DNA from: Candidatus Marinacidobacterium sp.
GTDB lineage: Bacteria; Acidobacteriota; Vicinamibacteria; Marinacidobacterales; Marinacidobacteraceae
DNA: 64,000 nucleotides
Direction of reading: 5' to 3'
Assembly (NCBI GenBank): GCA_965204755.1
Contig: OZ242011.1
Coordinates: 3,289,656-3,353,655 of the forward strand
This document shows, piece after piece, positions 19,756 to 29,076 of this stretch. The notes beneath the pieces were generated by a model. That model did no database searches and had not been told where the DNA came from. It saw nothing but the letters and a program-made list of their open reading frames with translations. The position numbers and the translations under genes were made by a program. Numbering within the stretch: position 1 is the stretch's first letter; the number at the start of each line of letters is the position of its first letter.

Positions 19756-21411
19756 TCAGGCGGGGCCCTTGGGGCGGGAGAGGCGGCCGCCGGGGCCGAA
19801 GGCGGCTATGGATTCCTTGAGGGCGGCGGGGTCGGAGGGTTCGGGGTCGGGGCGGGGGCGGTCCGGCGTGCTTTCGAGTTGGAGGGTTCGGGCGGGGACG
19901 GCGAACTCGACGCCGAGTTCCTTGGCGAGGCGGAGGACTTCGAGCAGGAAGTTGTGGCGTTCGGTGAGTTCGCTGTTCCAGTCGGGCACCCGGAAGAAGC
20001 AGTACACCATCACATCCACCGAGGACTCGGAGAAGCGGTTCAGGTGGATTTCGTACACATCCTGGCGCATCGCCTCGTTCGCTTTGATGATCGCGCGGAT
20101 GCCGTCCACGAAGGCGTGTACGCGGTCCGGGTCGGTGTCGTAGCGGAGCGGGAGCATCTGCCGCATCCGGCGGTAGGTGCGCTGTCCCATGTTGTCCACG
20201 ATGGAGTTCACGATGCGGCTGTTCGGGACGCTGACCAGCGAGTCGTAGAAGGTGCGCACCCGGGTGGAGCGGAGCCCCACGCGCTCGACCGTGCCTTCGT
20301 GTTCGCCGACGAGGATCCAGTCGCCGACCTGGAACGGGCGGTCGGCGACGATCGCCAGCGACCCGATCACATTGGCGACCGTGTCCTGCGCGGCGAGTGC
20401 CACCGCGAGACCGCCGAGCCCGAGTCCGGCGATGAGCGTGGTGATCGAATACCCGTGGTTCTGCGCCACCATCAGCAGCGCGGTGAGCAACGCGGTGACC
20501 CGCAGCACGGTGCGGGCCAGCGGGATCAGGTGGTCGTCTATCTGGGTCTGGGTATTCGCGGTGATCGACGACAACTTCTCGCAGAGCGCATCGATCAGCC
20601 GGTACGCCAGCCAGACCAGGATTCCCGCGAGCGCCAGGTCCACGACCACGGCGACCCACTGGGCGACGCGCACCGGCAGCCGGAGGTCGGCGAAGAAGTA
20701 GTGGAAGACCCAGACGGTGGCGAACCACGACGCCGGCGGCGCCATTCCGGCCAGCGTCTTCGCGGTGAAGTCCGCCCGTCGGTTTCCCACCTGCCGCAGG
20801 AACCGGGCGAACAGCGCGCGGAGCAACAGTTGCGCCGCCCAGGCCACCAGCCCGAGCACCAGCAGGCCGACGACCTGCCACAGCGTGAAACCCAGGAAGG
20901 ACCGATCGAAGACCGGCGGGAGGATTTCGAAGAGGCTGCGGGCGTACCAGGAGAAGGTTTCTTCGTAGAGGGTGTCGATGCTCTGGATCGTGTGTTCGGA
21001 GATCCGCCAGCCGAGGTCGTCGCCCCGCGTCAGGACGAAATCGGGCATCCGTATCGGCAGCGGAGCGACGCGGTGTTGGCGGGTGATTTCGTCGCGGTGG
21101 TCGGGGTCGCTCGGGACGAGGTTCATCTCCACCCAGAGGCCTTGGGCGTTGATGACCGATCTCAGGCGCAATGCCAGGGCGCGCCGCTCGGCGTCGGGGA
21201 CCTCGTCGTCGAAGTCGAGGGTGGCGGTGAGCCGCTCCCAGTCCGGCTCGGACTGGTTCAGTTCGTAGAAGTAGGCGTCGAGCGCCGTCCGGGCGCTGAG
21301 CAGGTGGGACGGCGGCGCCGGCGCGGCTTCTTCGGGTTGGGCCGGCGGTTGGCCGGCCGCGGCGAAGGCGGCGCCGGCGAGACCGAAGACCGCGGCGCCC
21401 CGGGCGAACAT
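19756..21411 (-). CDS. MscS-family mechanosensitive channel with N-terminal periplasmic extension
   Basis: GLGGLAVALAAQDTVANVIGSLAIVADRPFQVGDWI...GTVERVGLRSTRVRTFY MscS core. Start at the signal-peptide-like MFARGAAVFG. Confidence 0.75.
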   Translation of the reverse strand: MFARGAAVFGLAGAAFAAAGQPPAQPEEAAPAPPSHLLSARTALDAYFYELNQSEPDWERLTATLDFDDEVPDAERRALALRLRSVINAQGLWVEMNLVPSDPDHRDEITRQHRVAPLPIRMPDFVLTRGDDLGWRISEHTIQSIDTLYEETFSWYARSLFEILPPVFDRSFLGFTLWQVVGLLVLGLVAWAAQLLLRALFARFLRQVGNRRADFTAKTLAGMAPPASWFATVWVFHYFFADLRLPVRVAQWVAVVVDLALAGILVWLAYRLIDALCEKLSSITANTQTQIDDHLIPLARTVLRVTALLTALLMVAQNHGYSITTLIAGLGLGGLAVALAAQDTVANVIGSLAIVADRPFQVGDWILVGEHEGTVERVGLRSTRVRTFYDSLVSVPNSRIVNSIVDNMGQRTYRRMRQMLPLRYDTDPDRVHAFVDGIRAIIKANEAMRQDVYEIHLNRFSESSVDVMVYCFFRVPDWNSELTERHNFLLEVLRLAKELGVEFAVPARTLQLESTPDRPRPDPEPSDPAALKESIAAFGPGGRLSRPKGPA

Positions 21412-21578
21412 CCCGGCGAGTCGGGCGCCGGCAGCCGACCGCACGCCGGGGAGAAAGGACCTCGGGCGGCGGGTCTCGGCGGGTCGGAAAGTGGTCGGCA
21501 TCACGAAACCTCCGGCGGAAGGCGCGGGCGGGCGGCGCAGCGGCGTGGGAGGGGCCGCGAGGAAGCGGCGCGTCGGCG

Positions 21579-21652
21579 TACGCCTGGCAGGACTCGAACC
21601 TGCGACCTACGGATTAGGAATCCGTCGCTCTATCCGCCTGAGCTACAGGCGC
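21579..21652 (-). tRNA. tRNA-Arg (anticodon CCT)
   Basis: Reverse complement folds as a cloverleaf: acceptor GCGCCUG/CAGGCGU, D-arm GCUC/GAGC, anticodon stem ACGGA/UCCGU with loop UUCCUAA, T-arm GCAGG-UUCGAGU-CCUGC; 74 nt, no encoded CCA. Confidence 0.85.
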
Positions 21653-21733
21653 CCCCGGAATGCCCCGCCGTCCGGCGGGCGTCCCCGTCGGCCGCCGGGC
21701 CGGGCCGAACCGGGGATGGTACCGCGTACCGAC

Positions 21734-22288
21734 CTACGGAAACCGCAGGACGGAGTGGATCGCCGGCGCCGCGCCGGCCTCCAGCCGTCCGCGCCCGCCG
21801 AGGCCCTCGAGTTCGATCAGGAACGAATACCCGGCGACCACGCCTCCCCGGCGGGAGACCAGCGCGGTCGCGGCGGCGGCGCTGCCGCCGGTGGCCAGCA
21901 CATCGTCCACCACGAGGACGCGGGCGCCCGGCTCCACCGCGTCCACATGCATCTCCAAGCGGCCGGCGCCGTATTCCAGCCGGTAGTCCTCCGCCACGGT
22001 GGCCGCCGGCAACTTGTCCGGCTTCCTCAGCAGGGCGAGGCCGGCGCCGAGCCGGAGCGCGAGCGGAGCGGCGAACAGGAAACCCCGGCTCTCGATGCTG
22101 GCCACCAGCGCGAGGTCGTCGTCGTCGAACGGCGCGGCCATCGCCTCGACCGCCGCGGCGAAAGCGCCGGCGTCCCGCAGGAGCGGCGTGATGTCCCGGA
22201 ACAGCACGCCCGGTTGCGGGTAGTCCGGAACCGACCGGATCCGCTCGCGGAGGCTCGCCGTCCCGGTCTCCCCGGCCGGAAGAACCAC
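21734..22288 (-). CDS. apt: adenine phosphoribosyltransferase
   Basis: VPDYPQPGVLFRDITPLL and LVVDDVLATGGS PRPP motif. GTG start chosen to avoid overlapping acyP. Confidence 0.8.
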   Translation of the reverse strand: MVLPAGETGTASLRERIRSVPDYPQPGVLFRDITPLLRDAGAFAAAVEAMAAPFDDDDLALVASIESRGFLFAAPLALRLGAGLALLRKPDKLPAATVAEDYRLEYGAGRLEMHVDAVEPGARVLVVDDVLATGGSAAAATALVSRRGGVVAGYSFLIELEGLGGRGRLEAGAAPAIHSVLRFP

Positions 22289-22313
22289 CGCCGCCTCCCC
22301 CGAGGCCGCGGAC

Positions 22314-22580
22314 TCAGACGACGATGCGGAACCCATCGCCGGCCGGCGCGGTCGAAAGCGCGTGGCGAGTCAGGCCGTCCACCCGGCCCGGCGTCCGCTC
22401 GGAGAGCGCCGCGCGGAATCGTTCGAGCGCTTCCCGGTCGGCCCGGGCCTCGATCTCCACCGCCCCGTCCTCCCGGTTCCGCACCGTCCCCGCGACGCCC
22501 AGGTCCCGGGCGAGGCTCATCGCCGACCAGCGGAAACCCACGCCCTGCACCCGCCCGGTCACGACGATCCGCTCCGCCAT
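22314..22580 (-). CDS. acyP: acylphosphatase
   Basis: VTGRVQGVGFRWSAMSLARDLGVAGTVRNREDGAVEIEA. Start at MAERI. Confidence 0.75.
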   Translation of the reverse strand: MAERIVVTGRVQGVGFRWSAMSLARDLGVAGTVRNREDGAVEIEARADREALERFRAALSERTPGRVDGLTRHALSTAPAGDGFRIVV

Positions 22581-22686
22581 CCGGGTTTCCCCGGTTTTCC
22601 CCGTTTCCCCGGTCAAGCGCCGCCGGCCTCCGTCGGCTTCCGGGACGGACACGAACGCGCGCGCCGAACCGACTGACCGACCCGGG

Positions 22687-23892
22687 TCAGTCGAGGGCGG
22701 CGAACCCCCGCTCCAGGTCCCGGAGCAGGTCCGCTTCGTCTTCCACGCCCACGGAGAGCCGGACGAGCCCTCCGGTGATGCCCAGTTCCCGGCGCATCCC
22801 CTCCGGCATCGCGGCGTGGGTCATGGTCGCCGGATGGTTCGCCAAACTCTCGACGCCGCCCAGACTCTCCGCGATGTGGAAGACCTCGAGGGCCTCCATG
22901 AACCGGCGCGCGCGCTCCGCTCCGCCGCTGCCGCCGCCGTGGAACTCGAACGACACCATGCCCCCGAATCCGGACATCTGCCGGCGCGCGGTTTCGTGGC
23001 CGGGACGGTCGGGCAGCCCCGGATAGCGGACCGTCGCGACTTCCGGGCGCTCCTCGAGGAAACGCGCTGTCGCGAAGGCGTTCGACTGGTGGCTCTCCAT
23101 CCGGAGCGCCAGCGTCTTGACGCTCCGCAGCAGCAACCACGACTCGAACGGCGAGAGCACCGCGCCGGCGGCGTTTTGCAGGAAGCGGAACCGGGCCAGC
23201 CGTTCCGGGTCGCGGTCCACCAGGATGCCGCCCACCCCGTCGCTGTGGCCGTTCAGGTACTTCGTCGAAGAGTGCACCACGATGTCCGCGCCGTGTTCGA
23301 GCGGCCGCTGGAAGTACGGCGACGCGAAGGTGTTGTCCACCACCACGGCCGCGCCCACGCCGTGCGCCGCTTCCGAGAGCGCGGCGAGGTCGGCGATCCG
23401 CAGCATCGGGTTCGTCGGGGTCTCGACGAAGAGCAGCGCCGCGCCCCGGTCGAGTTCGCGCACGGTCGCGGCGGTGTCGGAAGTGTCCACCCAGGCGAAG
23501 TCCAGCCCCCGGCGGCGCAGCACCCGTTCGCCGAGCCGGTAGGTGCCCCCGTAACTGTCGCGGGTGGCCACCACCCGCTCTCCGCTGTCCACGATGTCGA
23601 GCGCCATCGCCGTCGCCGCCATCCCCGAGGCGCAGGCCACCGCCCCGGCGCCCCCTTCGAGGTCCGCCAGGTTCTTCTCGGCGGCGTTCCGGGTGGGGTT
23701 CCCGGTGCGGGAGTACTCGTACTCGCCGGGACGGCCCGGGGAGGGCTGGACGAAGGTGGCGGCGTTCACCAGCGGCGGCACGATGGCGCCGGTGCCCGGG
23801 TCCGGGTGCTGCCCCACATGGATCGCCCGGGTGGCGAACCCGCGTGGCGGAGGCGGCGCCGCCGGTTCCGTCTCGGCGGGCTTTTCGGGCAT
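22687..23892 (-). CDS. Cys/Met-metabolism PLP-dependent enzyme (cystathionine gamma-synthase / beta-lyase / methionine gamma-lyase family)
   Basis: HSSTKYLNGHSD PLP-lysine motif; 401 aa. Confidence 0.8.
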   Translation of the reverse strand: MPEKPAETEPAAPPPPRGFATRAIHVGQHPDPGTGAIVPPLVNAATFVQPSPGRPGEYEYSRTGNPTRNAAEKNLADLEGGAGAVACASGMAATAMALDIVDSGERVVATRDSYGGTYRLGERVLRRRGLDFAWVDTSDTAATVRELDRGAALLFVETPTNPMLRIADLAALSEAAHGVGAAVVVDNTFASPYFQRPLEHGADIVVHSSTKYLNGHSDGVGGILVDRDPERLARFRFLQNAAGAVLSPFESWLLLRSVKTLALRMESHQSNAFATARFLEERPEVATVRYPGLPDRPGHETARRQMSGFGGMVSFEFHGGGSGGAERARRFMEALEVFHIAESLGGVESLANHPATMTHAAMPEGMRRELGITGGLVRLSVGVEDEADLLRDLERGFAALD

Positions 23893-24085
23893 CGGGAGTC
23901 GGGGATTCGGGGGCGGGAGAGCGACCGCAGCGGCGGCGGCGCAACCGATTCTACCGACGGTTCCCGTCCGCGAAACGCCCTCGCGTTCGGCCGAGGGCGG
24001 CCGGAACGGGAGGGGAAGCGCCGGCGGGGAAACCGCGATCGCCGGGCGCGGGCGGCGGTAAGATGACGGCCGAAAGCGAACGAGT

Positions 24086-24451
24086 GTGAGCCGATCGGGC
24101 GCCGGGCGGATCTACCGGGTCACCTTCCTGAACCAGGGGGAGGTGTACGAACTCTACGCGCGCTCGGTGGGGCAGGGCGCGATCTTCGGCTTCGTGGAGA
24201 TCGCCGACCTGATCTTCACCCACACCGAGCAGAAGGTCATCGACCCCTCGCGCGAGCGGCTGGCCAAGGAGTTCGACGGGGTGCCGCGCACCTACATCCC
24301 GATGCACTCGGTGCTGCGGATCGACGAAGTGGAACGGGAGTCCGAAGCGCGGATCCTCCGGCGCAGCGACTCCGGCGGACGCAGCGAAGGCCGCACTCCC
24401 GATGTGCGCATCTTCCCGGCGCCGATCCCGATCCCGCCGATCCGCGACTGA
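24086..24451 (+). CDS. DUF1820-family protein
   Basis: IYRVTFLNQGEVYELYARSVGQ...DPSRERLAKEFDGVPRTYIPMHSVLRIDEV. Confidence 0.6.
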   Translation: MSRSGAGRIYRVTFLNQGEVYELYARSVGQGAIFGFVEIADLIFTHTEQKVIDPSRERLAKEFDGVPRTYIPMHSVLRIDEVERESEARILRRSDSGGRSEGRTPDVRIFPAPIPIPPIRD

Positions 24452-24793
24452 CCCCCCCGACGCGCGGGCCGCGCGGGCCGCGCGCGTCGCCCACGCCCCG
24501 CCGGGGGTCGGCCATGAGCCGCCCGCGAGCCGGACCGTCCGGCGCCGGCTTCGTTCCCGTCTTCGGGTTCCTCGCGTCCGGGGCCTCGTCAGCGGCGGGC
24601 GTCCTGCCCGGCGCCGGGCCGCAGGCAGGCGCGGAGGACGCCGAGGCGATGGGCGACGCGTTCGCGGGGTTCAACCGGCCGGACCGCCCGGGTTGCGCCG
24701 CGGGAGCGCTCCGGGGCGGCGAGTTCGTCTTCCGGGGCGCCTACGCGAAGGCGACCTCGACCGCGGGATCCCGCTCGACGCCGATTCGGGCCG

Positions 24794-25528
24794 TTACCCG
24801 GGCTTGACCGCGGAGAACGCGGCGAGCGGCGGGTCGTTTCGGAGCAGGTCGTCCCAGAACGGGTCGTCCTTCGATTCCTCGGGCGCCGTGAGGCCGCTCC
24901 AGCGGAAGTCCCGGAAACCGGCTTCGCGGAAGGCGTCCGCGTAGGTCTCCGGCTTCAGGTAGAAGTTGCGGAACTCGAACGGTTCCCCGCCCGGCCCGAG
25001 GAACCGATAGACGATGGGCTCCCCTTCTTCGGGGTCGGGACGGCAGGTCTTCCAGAACCCGTACTTCTCGTAGGAGACTTCCCCCCGCGGCGGGTTCGCG
25101 ATGTTGTCGTTCACGCCCAGGAAACGCCCGCCGGGACGGCAGGCGGCGTAGCAGACGCGAACGAACCGCCGGAGTTGCTCCGCGTCCTGCGCGTAGTTCA
25201 GCAGGAACATCGCGACGACGGTGTCCGCGACCTCGCTCCCTTCGTAGTCGGCGGCGTCGCGGCAGAGATAGCGGCAGCCGAGCGGCTCGCTCCGCTCCGA
25301 TTCCTCGGCGAGCCGGATCATCTCGGAGGAGAGGTCCACCCCGGTCACCGAAGCGGCGCCGGCGCGCTTCATGAGCCGGCTGTAGTGGCCCTCGCCGCAG
25401 GCGAGGTCGAGGATGTCCCGCCCGCGGATGTCCCCCAGGATCGCGAAGAGCGTGTGCCCTTCCACCCGCCGGAACGGGAGGTCCTTCGACTCCCGGTAGG
25501 CGTCGGCGATGGCGTCGTATTCGGCCAT
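24794..25528 (-). CDS. class I SAM-dependent methyltransferase
   Basis: ILDLACGEGHYSRL motif I. Start MAEYDAIADAY placed by frame inside ORF 24794..26722. Confidence 0.7.
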   Translation of the reverse strand: MAEYDAIADAYRESKDLPFRRVEGHTLFAILGDIRGRDILDLACGEGHYSRLMKRAGAASVTGVDLSSEMIRLAEESERSEPLGCRYLCRDAADYEGSEVADTVVAMFLLNYAQDAEQLRRFVRVCYAACRPGGRFLGVNDNIANPPRGEVSYEKYGFWKTCRPDPEEGEPIVYRFLGPGGEPFEFRNFYLKPETYADAFREAGFRDFRWSGLTAPEESKDDPFWDDLLRNDPPLAAFSAVKPG

Positions 25529-25581
25529 GAGTCGGTTCCTTTCGTCGGTGTTCGGGTCGGTGTTTCGCCGCGCGGCGGAGG

Positions 25582-26658
25582 TTACGGGTTCGCCGGCGAG
25601 CGGAAGATCCCCTTCGGCAGGTGCATGCTCACCAGCATGTGGGGAACATCCACCGTCTCCGAGATCTTGAGGTCGCCGGCCAGCGAAGCGAGGACATACG
25701 CCTCTTCGCGGGTCAGCCCGCGCTCCTCGACCAGGTAAGCGATCATGAAACGCGTCGCCTTCTTCGCCGCTTCGTCGATCGTGGTCGCGAACCCGGTGAC
25801 CCCGTAGTACTCGTCGGTTTCGTACTGCGGTTCGGTGATGCCGCGCGGGTTCGGCATCGTCTCGAACTCGAGCACCAGCCGCATCGGCGCCTCGATCGCC
25901 GTGCCCGAAACCTCGCCGTCCCCCTGAACCGCGTGGGCGTCCCCGACGGAGAAGAGCGCGCCCTCCACCTGCACCGGGAAGTACACCGTTGTCCCCGGGC
26001 GGAGGTAACGGTTGTCCATGTTGCCGCCGTTCTCGCGGGGAGGAATGGTCACCAGCATCTCGTCGGTGTCCGGCGCGACGCCCATGACCCCGGCGAACGG
26101 CGCGAGGGGCAGGGTGACCCGGTCGTTGAAGGCGACTTCGGTCGCGCCGGGCGCCATCTCGAAACCCCGGATCCACGGCTCGGTGAACTCGTCCGCGAGG
26201 AAACCGAACCCGGGAAGGATGGTGGCCCAGCCCCAGCCCTCGACTTCCGCTTCGTGGATCGTCACCGCCAGCAGGTCGCCGGGCATCGAGCCTTCGACGA
26301 AGATCGGCCCGGTGAGCGCGTGGATCAACCCGAAGTCCAGGTCGGCCAGGTCTTCCGCGGTGGTCTCCGGCGTGATCTGGTTGTCGGAGGCCTCCTTGGT
26401 GCGGACTTCGACGACCGCTCCGGAGGGGACGGTCAGCACCGGCGGAATCGCCGCGCTCCACCGGTTGTGGGTGTTCTCGCGGCCCAGGCGGAAGTCCGGC
26501 GTCGGAACGGCCGGCGCAGCGCTCTCCGCCGGGGTGGGGGCCTCCGGTTCCGCGCCCGCGCCGCAGCCGAGCGCGACGGCCGCCGCCGAACCGAGGGCGG
26601 CGGCGAAGGCGGCCGCCGGCCGGCGGCGGGAAGGGGCGGATTCGGCGTGGTCGGTCAC
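25582..26658 (-). CDS. acetamidase/formamidase (FmdA_AmdA) family lipoprotein
   Basis: DNRYLRPGTTVYFPVQVEGALFSVGDAHAVQGDGEVSGTAIE; lipobox ALGCGAG. Confidence 0.8.
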   Translation of the reverse strand: MTDHAESAPSRRRPAAAFAAALGSAAAVALGCGAGAEPEAPTPAESAAPAVPTPDFRLGRENTHNRWSAAIPPVLTVPSGAVVEVRTKEASDNQITPETTAEDLADLDFGLIHALTGPIFVEGSMPGDLLAVTIHEAEVEGWGWATILPGFGFLADEFTEPWIRGFEMAPGATEVAFNDRVTLPLAPFAGVMGVAPDTDEMLVTIPPRENGGNMDNRYLRPGTTVYFPVQVEGALFSVGDAHAVQGDGEVSGTAIEAPMRLVLEFETMPNPRGITEPQYETDEYYGVTGFATTIDEAAKKATRFMIAYLVEERGLTREEAYVLASLAGDLKISETVDVPHMLVSMHLPKGIFRSPANP

Positions 26659-26813
26659 GGGGGCAGGGGCTCCTTTCGGGTCTCGGCTGCCGCTCCCCCT
26701 CCCGGGTCCGGCGTCCCTCCACGCCAGCGGATGGAACGCCTTCCCCGGGGCGCGAACGGGCGGGCCCGGCGCGCCTAGACTAACGGCGAGTCGCCCCCGG
26801 CGCCCGTGAGTCG

Positions 26814-27839
26814 ATGCGCGTTTCCCTCCTGCGTGTTCCCGCCTTCCCGCTGTTCGGCGTCCTTGTCGGCGTTCTGGTCGGCGCCCTCGCCGTCCTCGCA
26901 GCGGCCGCCGCCGCCCCGAGCCAGCCGCCCGCCTCCGCCGCCCCGCCGCCGCCCGCCGCGGGCGACCTCGAGCAGGAGCAACGGAAGACCACCGTCGGCG
27001 ACCGGTTCAGTTTCGTGATCCGGGTGCCGAGCGTCACCCTCGATGTCGTCGTCTCCGACGAGCGCGGCCGGTTCGTGACCGGCCTCGGCCCCGCGGACTT
27101 CGTGGTGCTCGAAGACGGCCGACCCCAGGAGATCGAGTTCTTCACCGCCGAACTCACCCCCGTGAGCAGCCTGCTGCTGCTCGACACCTCCGCCTCGGTC
27201 CGCTCCAGCCTCTCCGCCATCCAGACCGCCGCCTACCTGTTCCTCCGCACGATGGCCGACCGGGACCGGGCGCGGGTGGCCACCTTCAGCGAAGGCGTCC
27301 GCTTCGGCCCGCCCTTCCAGACCCGGATCTGGGACCAGGTGGCGATGATCCGCGCCATGCGCCCGTTCGGGAAGACCGCCCTCTACGACGCCATCCTCAC
27401 CGGCCTGCAGGAACTCTCGATCGTCGAGGAGCGGAAGGCGATGGTGCTGCTCTCCGACGGCGAGGACTCCGGCCGGGCGGCGAAGGGCAGCGTCAGCACC
27501 CGGGAACAGGCGCTCGAAGGCGCGCGCCTCTCCGAGGGCGCCATCTACACCGTCGGCTACACCGGCTGGAGCCCGGACGGCGGCGGCCGGCTGAACCGGG
27601 ATTTCCTGGACGCGGTGGCGGAGCAGAGCGGCGGGCGCTCCTTCTACCCGGAGGAGGTGGAGGAACTGCCCCGATACTTCCGGGAGATCCAGCACGAACT
27701 CCACCGGCAGTACCAAATCGCCTACCTCCCCTCCCGCGACCGCAAGGAAGGCGGCTGGCGCACCATCGAAGTCCGGGTCCGCGACCGCCCGGAACTCACC
27801 GCCCGCACCCGCAAGGGCTACTACGCCGCGCCGGGGTAG
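26814..27839 (+). CDS. von Willebrand factor A (VWA) domain protein, secreted
   Basis: LLLDTSASV ... VLLSDGEDSG MIDAS-type motifs with a signal peptide. Confidence 0.75.
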   Translation: MRVSLLRVPAFPLFGVLVGVLVGALAVLAAAAAAPSQPPASAAPPPPAAGDLEQEQRKTTVGDRFSFVIRVPSVTLDVVVSDERGRFVTGLGPADFVVLEDGRPQEIEFFTAELTPVSSLLLLDTSASVRSSLSAIQTAAYLFLRTMADRDRARVATFSEGVRFGPPFQTRIWDQVAMIRAMRPFGKTALYDAILTGLQELSIVEERKAMVLLSDGEDSGRAAKGSVSTREQALEGARLSEGAIYTVGYTGWSPDGGGRLNRDFLDAVAEQSGGRSFYPEEVEELPRYFREIQHELHRQYQIAYLPSRDRKEGGWRTIEVRVRDRPELTARTRKGYYAAPG

Positions 27840-27939
27840 GGACGCCCGCGCGGCGCGGCGGATGGATGTCCGCGCCGCCGCCGCGCCCGGTCTCGACCGC
27901 CCTCTTGCGGCCGGGCGAGGCGCGGGCTAATCTTCCTAC

Positions 27940-28013
27940 CGCACTTCCCCCCCTCGGGATCGTGTCCGGATCGGCAACCGGTTGCCTTTCTGGATACCCC
28001 GGGGGCGATTGCC
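27940..28013 (+). repeat. copy 1 of a diverged ~150-nt tandem element (candidate sRNA); conserved core
   Basis: CGCACTT-C7-TCGGGATCGTGTCCGGATC-GGCAACCGGTTGCC-TTTCTGGATACCCCGGGGGCGATT, preceded by TTGCGG-N17-CTAATC. Confidence 0.5.
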
Positions 28014-28439
28014 TTGAGATGGCGGTTGCGCAATGCGGGTTCCGCGTCATCGGGGGGTGCTTCGCGGTCTCAGCCGGTCGAGGTTGAGCCTCGCTTCGGG
28101 TTTGGCGGCGGGACGAGGGGTTGCGCGTTCGACCCCGGCTCACCCCTTCGGGTCGAGCCTCCCAACCCGAGATGGCCGCTGCGGCGGCCGACCGGCCTCC
28201 GCCCGGTTCTCCGCGCTGGCCCGGCGGAGCCGCCCGAACACGCGGTGCGCGCCGGCGGCCGCCGGCGAGCCCCCGCGGGCTTGATGTCCGGGGAGGCTCT
28301 GGATAGCATCCTCGCTCGCACTAACCCCCCCGGGGATTTCGTCTTGGGCGGCATTCGTCGTTCGTGGCGCCCCCGGGGCATTCGCGTTAAACGGGGCGCC
28401 TGCGCGTCCCGCTTCCCTGAACCCCCGCTAGTATTCCGA

Positions 28440-28510
28440 CCGCACTTAAGCCTCCCGGGATCGTGTCCAGATCCGGCAACCGGTGGCCGCTCCGGGCGCC
28501 CCGGGAGTGA
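28440..28510 (+). repeat. copy 2 of the tandem element (more diverged)
   Basis: CGCACTTAAGCCTCCCGGGATCGTGTCCAGATCCGGCAACCGGTGGCC... preceded by TAGTAT. Confidence 0.45.
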
Positions 28511-28728
28511 TCCTTCTCGTCGGGAGGTGGCCGCCGAGCGATGAGGCTCGGCGAGTCGAGCGGGTTCTGAGCGGAGTCAGGCGTTCCGGCGTTCGGCGTC
28601 GCCTCGCTCCGGCCGTCTCCGACCGTCGCTGCTCCGAGCGGTCGTACCGGTGCCCCCGCCTGCGGGGCGCGTCCGGCCCTCGGGTTCTTCCCGGTGTCGG
28701 GGCGCCAACTGGACTGGGCCCACCACCG

Positions 28729-28760
28729 TCTTGACATCGCGGAGGGTGCCGTCTACTATT
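28729..28760 (+). promoter_or_regulatory. sigma70-like promoter TTGACA-N17-TACTAT driving repeat copy 3
   Basis: Consensus -35 and near-consensus -10 with a 17-nt spacer, read directly from the sequence. Predicted TSS lands at the start of the conserved core. Confidence 0.45.
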
Positions 28761-28764
28761 CCGG

Positions 28765-28838
28765 TTGCACTTACCCCCCCCGGGATCGTGTCCTGATCGG
28801 CAACCGGTTGCCTTTCTGGATACCCCGGGGGCGATTCT
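28765..28838 (+). repeat. copy 3 of the tandem element, with a near-consensus promoter immediately upstream
   Basis: CACTTAC8GGGATCGTGTCCTGATCGGCAACCGGTTGCCTTTCTGGATACCCCGGGGGCGATT. The downstream ~80 nt are also conserved with copy 1. Confidence 0.5.
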
Positions 28839-29076
28839 CTTAACGGGGAGAGGGCGGCTGTCGGGCAAGCGGGTTCGGCGTCGTCGGGGGTGTTCTGAGC
28901 AGGCTCAGCCGGTCGGCGGCTGGGCGGCGCTGCGGATGTGGCGGTTGGGCGAGCACTTGCGAGTTCGTCCTTGGCTCGACCGGTCGGCCGGGCCGCGGAT
29001 GTGACCTCGCGGGCCGCGTCGCGCGTTCGTCTCCTCCGCTGTCTCTCATCCTGTCGCGGATTCGCGCGGAGGGCTC

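Noticed and set aside
19435-22191. 918-aa plus ORF spanning the MscS, tRNA and apt region
   Set aside because: Antisense to the MscS and apt genes and reads through a tRNA. Junk composition.
24514-24807. 97-aa plus ORF between the DUF1820 gene and the methyltransferase
   Set aside because: Low-complexity Ala/Gly-rich product with no recognisable motif, overlapping the methyltransferase 3' end. Insufficient support to call.
27840-29076. Interpreting the repeat array as integron attC sites, a CRISPR array or a MITE cluster
   Set aside because: No RYYYAAC/GTTRRRY core sites and no cassette ORFs. The spacing (about 490 and 330 bp) and sequence divergence are incompatible with CRISPR repeats. 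No terminal inverted repeats or target duplications around the copies. Promoter-like elements favour independent transcription units.
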